The notes under the pieces were generated by a model. The model did not search any database, was not told the origin of the DNA, and saw only the letters and a program-made list of their open reading frames with translations. From the NCBI GenBank assembly GCA_041178325.1, contig JBEGVN010000014.1, forward strand, positions 12,476 to 76,475: 64,000 nt of DNA, given 5' to 3'. This DNA comes from Pseudomonadota bacterium (GTDB taxonomy: Bacteria > Pseudomonadota > Gammaproteobacteria > Methylococcales > Methylococcaceae). Numbering within the stretch: position 1 is the stretch's first letter; each line of letters begins with the position of its first letter. Below are positions 15,866 through 24,390 of this stretch, in pieces. Made by a program: the position numbers and the translations under genes.

Positions 15866-18709
15866 GTGCTGGCATATCATCAGAGCCATGACGCAATCCC
15901 TGTTGGAGACCCCGTGACTTCATCGCATGCCCATGCTCTTTGCAGGCATCTGGGGACGGGTGAGCGCTTGATTTTCGTGATGGTTGCCTGCCTGACACTG
16001 ATCCTGTCGCGAACGGCATTGGGGCATGAAGGGATCGTAACGGACGGCTCGGTCGGTGCGGCACCCTACCTGGGATCTGTTCATACTCTCTCGCCACCTT
16101 CAGGACCGCAATCGGTCACGGTGAGCCAATCCATGGGGTCTACCCAAGGCCAAAATCTATTTCAGAGTTTTTCTCAATTCAATATCGCGCCTGGCCAGAC
16201 TGTCACCTTTACCGAGGACAAGGTCGGCTTTATTGAAAATATCATCGCAAGAGTCACTGGTCACGAGGCTTCCCAGATCAATGGAACCCTTCGGGTCACC
16301 CCGGAAGGAAGAGCCAATTTTTATCTTTTGAACCCCAACGGTGTGCTATTTGGTCAGGGCGCCCAAATCGATGTTCCGGGCGATTTTCATGTCACCACTG
16401 CGAGCTATGTGAAATTTCAGGATGGGGCACGATACGGTACTGATCCTGTGACCAGCAAGCTATCAAGTTCCGCACCGGTGGCCTTTGGATTTGTCGGTGC
16501 GAATCCGAGTAACAACGTACTGATTGATGTCAGTGATGGTGCGACGCTTGCCACCCAACACAGACATACAGCCATCGACCTTGTGGGTGCCAATCTTTCA
16601 ATCAGCAAGGGCGCATCGTTGGTCGCAGCTCAAGAAGGGTCTGAGATTCGGCTGGTTGCATCCAAGGGGAGGCATGAAGTCAGCGTGATGAAAGATGCTT
16701 CGGGATACCTCCCTTTGCCTTATACAAAGCCCAACCGGGAGAATGCAGGCGCCATCACGCTGGATTCCGGCGCGTCCTTACTCTCAAGGTCCCCGACCGG
16801 GGGGCGTATCGGGATTTGGGGGCAATCGCTTGACCTGAGTCAGGGCTCAACGATTGGCGTCTATCATAGCGGAGACAGTGATCCGGACTCCTCCCAGGGT
16901 ATCCATGCCACCTTGAACACCCTATCCATTCGGGATGAGGGCTCCGCTGTCAGCAGAATTTTCACAATGAACGATGCCAAGGGTCACGGGGCGGATATCC
17001 ATCTGTCCGTGGGTGACCGCATTGAAATCCACAACAATATTCATTCAGCGGATTTCAACGGGATTTACTCGATCAGTCAGGGCAGCGGAGATGGGGGGAA
17101 TATTCGCATCGAAGCCGGCTCCATGGCGATGTCAGGTGGAGCCCCGTTCGGAGCCACGGCCGAAATCACTGCCGAGGCCAGAGCCGGGGGGGCTAGTGGA
17201 AATGTCGACATTCGAACGCGAGGCAGTCTTCTCATGGCGAACGATGCCTCTATTTCGGCAAAGGCCCTTGGAGCTCCGCGTGCCGGTCACCTGAAGCTTG
17301 CGATCGGCGGTGACCTGACGATACGAAACCGCTCTCTGATTCAAGATCTGGCCTTACCCTTCGAGAGTAACCCCTCCAATGGGGAGGGTGAAACCGGCGA
17401 TATCCGGGTTACAGCAAACAACATCAAAATCATTGACTTAGGCCAAAATGCCAATCCCCACGATACCGGAATCTCAAGCCGGAATGAATTTGGTTACGGG
17501 GCCGTCGGGAATATAGATGTCATTTCGAGAGGGAATATCGACATCCGGGGTGGATATGGATATGTTGCGCCCAAACAAGACGGGTCCGATGATGCGAAGA
17601 TTGTCGGAATCTCTTCATACTCGAATACGTTGTCACCAAACGTTGGCCATCTGAACGTCTGGAGCCAGGGCAAGATCACACTGCATGGCTATGGTGAGGA
17701 TGAACCTCATGATGCTTCCGGTCTTTTCCGGTTTTTAAACCCCACCGTTGAAACCGGAATCAGTTCCCTGGTCCATGAGCCGTCTGATGCTCCCCCCCCG
17801 AGTGTGCATGTTCATGCAGGTGAGGGTATTTCATTAACCCAATCGATCATTCTGGTGGGAGGTAAATTAAATCAATCGGATCAGATGCCGACTGTGCGTG
17901 TCAGTTCCGAGGGGCCCATATCGCTTCAGAGGTCCGAAATCGCGAATGCGGTCAAGGTAATGTCTCAGGATTCAAAGAACTTTGGCACTGGAGTCAGCGT
18001 CTTGGGTGGCTCGTTACTCATGCAGGACAAAAGTAACCTTTACAGTAATGTCCCAGGTTATGGCATAGATGTTCGGTCGGATGCCGGCGTCTTCATCAGT
18101 TCCAAAACGGTGAATGTGCACTATCCTTACAATCAGGATCCCCTCTATCTCCCTGATGTGGCCATGTATTACTCAGGTGACTATGGCCTTGGCAATATTT
18201 CGATTTCAGCCAAGGATAACCTGATCATCTACAACGCAAGTATTGGTAGTGAAATTACTTCCAAAAGCATCATGAATGCCCGTTTGAATTTGTCATTATC
18301 GGCCGAAAACGTCCTGATCAGTGCTGCCTTGTTGGGTTTAGGGTCCAATCAAAGCCAGTTGAATTCTCAATCCTCCAGCATCGACCTGGATTCCCAGGGT
18401 GTATTTCCTCTATTCAACGTAATTAATAACAGCTTCTATACAGATGAAAGCGGATTGATTGCGAGCATTAGGCCCAACTATCCATCAGGCCTGAACAATC
18501 GCGTCATTAAGTCCTCTGGGAATCGGATAACGGATGATTTCACAGTCAGCGGATCTCTTTTTGGGATCAGCGGCGTCTTGCCGACTCTGAGTCTTCCGGA
18601 ATTTGGATCCGAGGGTGATCTTTTGTCCTGTCAAACCTTCAAGAAGGGTGAGCTTTCCTTAACAGGCAGAGGGAGACTGACAGGCGAAACGCCTTCAGGG
18701 CTGTATTGA
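15866..18709 (+). CDS. TPS-domain (filamentous haemagglutinin N-terminal domain) exoprotein, paralogue 1. Predicted beta-helical secreted protein.
   Basis: TPS motifs QNLFQSFSQFNI and NFYLLNPNGVLFG..DVPGDFHVTTA after a signal-like MVACLTLILSRTALG. The start is uncertain (GTG 15866, ATG 15980). Confidence 0.8.
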   Translation: MLAYHQSHDAIPVGDPVTSSHAHALCRHLGTGERLIFVMVACLTLILSRTALGHEGIVTDGSVGAAPYLGSVHTLSPPSGPQSVTVSQSMGSTQGQNLFQSFSQFNIAPGQTVTFTEDKVGFIENIIARVTGHEASQINGTLRVTPEGRANFYLLNPNGVLFGQGAQIDVPGDFHVTTASYVKFQDGARYGTDPVTSKLSSSAPVAFGFVGANPSNNVLIDVSDGATLATQHRHTAIDLVGANLSISKGASLVAAQEGSEIRLVASKGRHEVSVMKDASGYLPLPYTKPNRENAGAITLDSGASLLSRSPTGGRIGIWGQSLDLSQGSTIGVYHSGDSDPDSSQGIHATLNTLSIRDEGSAVSRIFTMNDAKGHGADIHLSVGDRIEIHNNIHSADFNGIYSISQGSGDGGNIRIEAGSMAMSGGAPFGATAEITAEARAGGASGNVDIRTRGSLLMANDASISAKALGAPRAGHLKLAIGGDLTIRNRSLIQDLALPFESNPSNGEGETGDIRVTANNIKIIDLGQNANPHDTGISSRNEFGYGAVGNIDVISRGNIDIRGGYGYVAPKQDGSDDAKIVGISSYSNTLSPNVGHLNVWSQGKITLHGYGEDEPHDASGLFRFLNPTVETGISSLVHEPSDAPPPSVHVHAGEGISLTQSIILVGGKLNQSDQMPTVRVSSEGPISLQRSEIANAVKVMSQDSKNFGTGVSVLGGSLLMQDKSNLYSNVPGYGIDVRSDAGVFISSKTVNVHYPYNQDPLYLPDVAMYYSGDYGLGNISISAKDNLIIYNASIGSEITSKSIMNARLNLSLSAENVLISAALLGLGSNQSQLNSQSSSIDLDSQGVFPLFNVINNSFYTDESGLIASIRPNYPSGLNNRVIKSSGNRITDDFTVSGSLFGISGVLPTLSLPEFGSEGDLLSCQTFKKGELSLTGRGRLTGETPSGLY

Positions 18710-18795
18710 ATCGGGCAGCGATCCTGAGGTTTATCAGGGAAACGATTGCCCGAAGGGTTTTGCTAGAATCCAATTCCACCCATTAAACCTTTGAT

Positions 18796-19644
18796 ATGCC
18801 CACATTGCTTCAATTGATCTACAGGATGCCCTTGTGGCTCACCTGTAGCACTCTGATTCTTCTCTATAGCGCTGTGGCGAGCGGCCTTTTCTATCTGCTG
18901 GCTCGAAGGATTCATATAAAATTCAGAATCTCAGATGACACGAACAACGTCATCAGTGGCGTTCTTTCCACCATGGGGATTCTCTATGGTCTCCTTTTGG
19001 GATTGGTTTCCGTTGATAACTGGGACAATTTCGACAAGGCCCGCAACCTGAGTGCGACAGAAGCTGCGGCCATTTCAGCTTTTTACCGGGACGTGGCCAT
19101 TGTTCATCACCCGAGGGGCCCTGCGCTGCAGCGGGATGTTCAAAGCTACCTTCGGAAAATTATCAAGGATGAATTTCCTGCCTATAACAACGGGGATGTC
19201 CCCGCGGGAAGTTATCATCTCCTGGATGCAATTCATCGCGACCTGGTCAGTTATAACCCCGAAGGTCCTGTAGAGCTCCAGTTCTACAAGGAGGCTGTGA
19301 GCCACTTCAACAGAATGGTAGAGTTTCGGGATCTTCGCATTGAGTCTGTGGCCCATGACGGGCTTCCCGTTGTGTTCTGGTACGCGATTGTTTTAGGTTC
19401 GCTTGCCATCATCATTGTCAGCTTCTTCTTTCATATGCCGTCCTATCAGGGGCATCTCTTTCTGGTGAACTGCATCACTTTTTTTACTGCAGTCATGGTC
19501 TTTTTGATTCTTGCGGTCGACAATCCTTGGCGCGGCACCATTTCTGTCAGTTCAGGGCCTTATGAAGAAGTGCTGAATCGCACCCTTCCAGCCCTGGTTG
19601 CACCAGAGGCTCCACCAAAATCCCCTCCCGCCTCTGAACCCTAG
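18796..19644 (+). CDS. Membrane protein with paired N- and C-terminal TM helices (DUF4239/bestrophin-like architecture, tentative)
   Basis: 282 aa. TM helices at both ends flank a soluble core (AAAISAFYRDV...). Family name is from memory only. Confidence 0.55.
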   Translation: MPTLLQLIYRMPLWLTCSTLILLYSAVASGLFYLLARRIHIKFRISDDTNNVISGVLSTMGILYGLLLGLVSVDNWDNFDKARNLSATEAAAISAFYRDVAIVHHPRGPALQRDVQSYLRKIIKDEFPAYNNGDVPAGSYHLLDAIHRDLVSYNPEGPVELQFYKEAVSHFNRMVEFRDLRIESVAHDGLPVVFWYAIVLGSLAIIIVSFFFHMPSYQGHLFLVNCITFFTAVMVFLILAVDNPWRGTISVSSGPYEEVLNRTLPALVAPEAPPKSPPASEP

Positions 19645-19781
19645 CATCAGATGACGTTCAAATTCTTTTAATCAAGACGTCACCCCATCCTCGATCAGGA
19701 TGTACCGCATCAAAGATGATGCGGTGCTCTGGCACCTGTCATATCATCCCGTTTAATACGTATTGATGAGACCATGAAGCC

Positions 19782-22583
19782 ATGGGGTTTTCTCGAGAAA
19801 GTGCCGACGTGCTCATCCGGAGAGTTCACTCAGTCTTGGTGGGTTTTTTTGCGCTGCTAACAGCGGGAGCGGCAGGGGCCAATGGTGGCATCGTCATGGA
19901 CGGAACCGTGGGCACCTCGGGTTTTTATGGTGCACCGCAAATCCCTTCGGTAGTGGGTGAAAACCCAACACACGTTACTGTGTCCCAGTCCATGGGAACA
20001 ACTGTTGGTGCAAACCTCTTTCACAGTTTCTCAGAGTTCAACATTGCACGGGGACAAACGGTCCTCTTTAGCGAAGACTCCAAGGGTTTTATCGATAACG
20101 TCATTGCACGGGTTACGGGCCACGATATCTCACAAATCAATGGAACGCTTCGGGTCACGCCGGGAGGTCATGCCAACTTTTACCTCCTCAACCCCAATGG
20201 GGTAATCTTCGGCAACGGAGCCCAGATCGATGTCCCTGGGGACTTTCACGTCACCACGGCGAGTTTCCTCAAATTCAAGGACGGAGCCCAGTATGGCGCT
20301 GATCCTGTGACCAGTCGGCTCTCCAGTACTGATCCTGCTGCCTTTGGCTTTGCGCATGGTGCGAGTCACAACAACGTGATGATTGCAGTAAGCGACGGTG
20401 CCCTGCTTGCGTCGAAGGATAAGGCCATCGATTTGGTTGGGGCAAACATCACAATCGAAAAAGGAACCAAAGATTTGCCCAATATTGTAAGTCCTGACAT
20501 TCGCTTGGTCGCAGCCAAATCAGGCCATGAAGTCAGCGTGACAAAAGAAGAAGGCAATTATTTGCCGCTTCCCCATCAAACCCCAACTCGTGCGACTGCG
20601 GGTGAAATAAACCTTCTGAATGGCGGGGTGGCTTTATCCGCATCAGATTCCGGGGGAAGAATAGGTGTCTGGGGTTCATCCGTTCATTTGATGAATGGGT
20701 CTGGGTTCGAAGCATATAACATAGGATCCGGAAATCCAGGTGTATATAATGGAATTAATATAGTTTCTCGAAGTTTGTCCCTTGTGGATGAGGGTTCGCT
20801 GCGAAGCGCTATATATTCTGGCGCCATTGCTGGAGGTAATGGCTCAGATATCAATATTGCTACGGTTGGGCGTATATTAATGAAAAATAATTTAATGAGC
20901 GCCGAGAGCTCTAATATAACAACTGGTTCGGAGGAAAAGGCAACAGGAAATGCTGGAAATTTATCAATAAAAGCCGGATCCTTAGTTATGGAGGGTGGTG
21001 GCGATCATGATAGATTGGCACTGGCTGGCTCATTTTCAAAAGGCGCGGGAGCGGCTGGTGATGTATGGATACGTGTGCGTGATGATGTGTTTCTTGATCG
21101 TTTTTCCTATATAGAATCTGTTGCTTTTGGCGCTCCTCGCTCTGGAAGCGTAAGATTAAATATCGGGGGCGATCTGACTATCCGCAATGGGTCGCTCATA
21201 TTATCTGAAGCGTTTAAGCCTTCGGATGGTTCTGTCTCTTCTGGAGAGACTGGCGACATTAAGGTGTCGGCTGCTAGTATAAATATTATTCAGAGAGGCA
21301 TTTTTGGATTTCCTTACCGCGTAGGATTTTTCAGTCATAATGAAAACGACTCTGGCCGGATTGGTGGCATTGAGTTGCTGGCTAAGCATGATATAAACAT
21401 TAGGGGGCCATACGCTGATTACTTAGACGCTAAATATAAGGGAATTGTCGGTGTGGTCTCAGAATCAGCGCTAAATACCGTGTCCACGAGTAACGGAGAG
21501 ATCACTTTAAGGGCGGGGGGCAATATATCATTGCGTGGTCACGGATCCGATATACCTAGGGAATCGCCAGGATACAATAGATTCGCAAATATCGGTTCCT
21601 ACACAGGAATCTATTCATTTCTTGCAGGTGACTCTGATTCATCGCCGCCTAGTATTGATATTTCATCGAATGGAAGTATTATAATGAATCAGTCGATAAT
21701 TAGCACCTACGGCGTCATGAAAGACCCTGAAAAGGTTCCCAGTGTAAGCATTAATGCTTTAGGCCGAATATCGCTTCACCGATCGGAGATATCAGACGCC
21801 ATCTTAATTAATGAGTCTTCCAGACTAATTCCGGGTGTTGGTGTCTCGTTATCAGGGGGGTCGATATTTGTTAACGACAGAAGCACTATATTTTCAAATA
21901 TCCCGGGCCAAGGCATTAGTCTGGATGCATATAGGGATATATTTATAAGCTCGAAAACGGTTAACTCTAATTACGGCAGCAAAGAGGACGCACTCTATTC
22001 GCCTGATATTGTTCTTAATTATAATGGCACCCTTGGTTCCGGAAAGATATCGATTAACGCGGGTCAGAATTTAACTTTTTTTAATGTCTCCGCGGGGGCA
22101 ATTAATGCTTTTAAAGGCTCCATGGAAGGTCAGGGCGCTGTTAAAGATAGTGCTTCATTGCGTCTGGACGCTTCCGCCGAGAGTATATTGTTGTCTCGAA
22201 CTGATTTTGCTCTTGCTGTAAAAGGGAATGCGAGGGACTTGTCTAGTACTGATGTTACATTTAGCTCCCATGGGCTGCTTCCGCTTTTTAATGTGCTAAA
22301 GGGTCGATTCTATACAATGGAGGGTGGTCTTGACCCCAATATAATTCCAAAGGTCCCGCATGGTTTTGATAATAAAATTACCATACAGAAGAATGGTAAA
22401 AATGACGAAAATGTATCCCTTAGCGGAACTCTTTTTGGTATCAGCGGAATGTTGGCGGAACTCAGGAAGCCGGCTTTTGGTTCTCGTATTGACTACGGGG
22501 CCTGCCAGACGCTAAGTAATGGTCAGCTATCCCTCTCAGGCAAGGGCGGACTTAGGGGTGACATGGGTTACTTATTGCATTAA
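19782..22583 (+). CDS. TPS-domain exoprotein, paralogue 2. The 3' two-thirds is markedly AT-rich.
   Basis: ANLFHSFSEFNI and NFYLLNPNGVIFG..DVPGDFHVTTA. Colinear with paralogue 1 over its whole length, including the C-terminal motif. Confidence 0.85.
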   Translation: MGFSRESADVLIRRVHSVLVGFFALLTAGAAGANGGIVMDGTVGTSGFYGAPQIPSVVGENPTHVTVSQSMGTTVGANLFHSFSEFNIARGQTVLFSEDSKGFIDNVIARVTGHDISQINGTLRVTPGGHANFYLLNPNGVIFGNGAQIDVPGDFHVTTASFLKFKDGAQYGADPVTSRLSSTDPAAFGFAHGASHNNVMIAVSDGALLASKDKAIDLVGANITIEKGTKDLPNIVSPDIRLVAAKSGHEVSVTKEEGNYLPLPHQTPTRATAGEINLLNGGVALSASDSGGRIGVWGSSVHLMNGSGFEAYNIGSGNPGVYNGINIVSRSLSLVDEGSLRSAIYSGAIAGGNGSDINIATVGRILMKNNLMSAESSNITTGSEEKATGNAGNLSIKAGSLVMEGGGDHDRLALAGSFSKGAGAAGDVWIRVRDDVFLDRFSYIESVAFGAPRSGSVRLNIGGDLTIRNGSLILSEAFKPSDGSVSSGETGDIKVSAASINIIQRGIFGFPYRVGFFSHNENDSGRIGGIELLAKHDINIRGPYADYLDAKYKGIVGVVSESALNTVSTSNGEITLRAGGNISLRGHGSDIPRESPGYNRFANIGSYTGIYSFLAGDSDSSPPSIDISSNGSIIMNQSIISTYGVMKDPEKVPSVSINALGRISLHRSEISDAILINESSRLIPGVGVSLSGGSIFVNDRSTIFSNIPGQGISLDAYRDIFISSKTVNSNYGSKEDALYSPDIVLNYNGTLGSGKISINAGQNLTFFNVSAGAINAFKGSMEGQGAVKDSASLRLDASAESILLSRTDFALAVKGNARDLSSTDVTFSSHGLLPLFNVLKGRFYTMEGGLDPNIIPKVPHGFDNKITIQKNGKNDENVSLSGTLFGISGMLAELRKPAFGSRIDYGACQTLSNGQLSLSGKGGLRGDMGYLLH

Positions 22584-22678
22584 CCCTACGCTATACAACA
22601 TTCCCAAAATCGCTGAGGCGCTCACCTCCTCAACTAAGGCAAGACCCTTCTGAAACGGTGTCGTATACCGTTGCAATC

Positions 22679-23689
22679 TCAGCTAGCCGACAACAAGTTT
22701 TCTCGTAGTTTTCGGATCACGGCTTCGATAAAACCTTGCGGCAACTCCGCATCGACCGGAAGAAACCAGTCGTCCTCCCGCGCAAATGCCATGCACTTCA
22801 CGGCATCCTTTTCGGTCATCAGAAGGGGTTTACCTTTTGCAAAGGCCAAGTCCTTTGCTGTGTAGACATGATGGTCCGGAAAGGGGTGAGCCTCGATCTC
22901 AAGCCCGGCGGCTTCCAGTTGACGGAAAAACCGATCTGGATTGCCAATGCCGGCCATCGCATGGATCTTCTGCCCCTTGAAGTGCTCCAGCGATCGTTTC
23001 ATGCAATATTGGCGAAGATTGGTCAGTCTTGAACCCCTGAGGCTCATGCGAACCCCCTCATCGGTCTCGCCGCCGTTATAGACGACGAAGTCCACTTGAT
23101 CGAGTCGCTCGATGGGTTCTCTCAAGGGGCCCGCCGGGAGAAGATGGCCATTGCCAAACCCCCTGGTACCATCGACGACCGCAATCTCAAGATCTCGTTC
23201 CAGCTCATGGTGCTGAAGTCCATCATCGGCGATCAGGATATCGACGCCATGGCGTGCGATGAGAGCATGTCCTGCATCGACTCGCTTGGGGAAAATAAAG
23301 ACCGGGCATCCGGTTTTTCGCGCCATCATGACCGGTTCATCGCCTGCGATTCTCGGCGAGGTATTGATGGTGACCTCCATGGGGCGACGCGGTGTGATGC
23401 CTCCATATCCGCGACTGAGAATGCCCGGTCGGTAGCCGCGCTCCTTGAGTCGCTGAGCCAGCCAGATCGTCAAGGGAGTTTTGCCGGTGCCACCCACCGT
23501 GATATTGCCGACGACGATGACAGGGACAGGGAGCGCACGCGATGCGATGCGACCAGTTTCATAGGCTTCCCGGACCAAACCGACGCCCTGACCATAGGCT
23601 TTGCCGAAAGGAATCAGGAGCGGATTGGGTTGATCGCGTTCGTACCAGAGGTGCTGGGTCAGTCGTTGTACCCATTGGTGGACGTACAT
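22679..23689 (-). CDS. lpxK: Tetraacyldisaccharide 4'-kinase
   Basis: VPVIVVGNITVGGTGKTPLTIWLA, GILSRGYGG, DDGLQH. Confidence 0.9.
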   Translation of the reverse strand: MYVHQWVQRLTQHLWYERDQPNPLLIPFGKAYGQGVGLVREAYETGRIASRALPVPVIVVGNITVGGTGKTPLTIWLAQRLKERGYRPGILSRGYGGITPRRPMEVTINTSPRIAGDEPVMMARKTGCPVFIFPKRVDAGHALIARHGVDILIADDGLQHHELERDLEIAVVDGTRGFGNGHLLPAGPLREPIERLDQVDFVVYNGGETDEGVRMSLRGSRLTNLRQYCMKRSLEHFKGQKIHAMAGIGNPDRFFRQLEAAGLEIEAHPFPDHHVYTAKDLAFAKGKPLLMTEKDAVKCMAFAREDDWFLPVDAELPQGFIEAVIRKLRENLLSAS

Positions 23690-23778
23690 GGGGTAATTGC
23701 CTCTACAATGTTTTCAGAACACCGCCTCCGGCGGTTGCTGATTGGGACCGGATCCCCATCTTCCTCATGGAGTGCTGG

Positions 23779-24390
23779 ATGAAACTCTACTATACCCCTG
23801 GCGCCTGTTCCATGGCGGCCCATATCGTCGCTGAAGAAGAAGGCATTACGCTTGACTGCGTGAAGGTTGATCTTGCGACCCATCTCACCGAGGCCGGCGA
23901 AGATTTTCGACACATCAATCCCAAGGGCTATGTACCGGCCCTGGAACTCGATGATGGCGGCATCCTGACGGAGAATGTGGCGATTCTTCTTTACCTTGCT
24001 CACAAGAAACCGCGTGCCGGAATAGCACCGCCCATGGGTGATCCCGCCTGGTTCCGGGCTGTTGAGTGGTTGACCTATGTGGCGACCGAAATGCATCAGG
24101 GGTTTGCCCCCCTGTGGACCCGCAACCTCCCGGATGCTTCACGAAAGGTTTTGGTTGAAAAGCTCAGCAAGAAACTGGATTTTCTGGAGACCCACCTACG
24201 GGAGAATCCTTATCTTTTGCCTGGAGGCTATTCGGTGGCCGATGCCTATCTTTTTGTGGTCCTGAACTGGGCTGAGATGGTGCGTTTTGACCTTAATCCC
24301 TGGCCCTCGGTGCGAAGCTACCGCGCTATCGTCGGTGACCGACCCGCGGTTCGTCAGGTCTTGAGGGCCGAGGGGCTCAGGGGCGCCTGA
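23779..24390 (+). CDS. gstA: Glutathione S-transferase (beta class, GstA-like)
   Basis: MKLYYTPGACSMAAHI..INPKGYVPAL, colinear with E. coli GstA. ATG at 23779 inside the longer track ORF. Confidence 0.85.
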   Translation: MKLYYTPGACSMAAHIVAEEEGITLDCVKVDLATHLTEAGEDFRHINPKGYVPALELDDGGILTENVAILLYLAHKKPRAGIAPPMGDPAWFRAVEWLTYVATEMHQGFAPLWTRNLPDASRKVLVEKLSKKLDFLETHLRENPYLLPGGYSVADAYLFVVLNWAEMVRFDLNPWPSVRSYRAIVGDRPAVRQVLRAEGLRGA

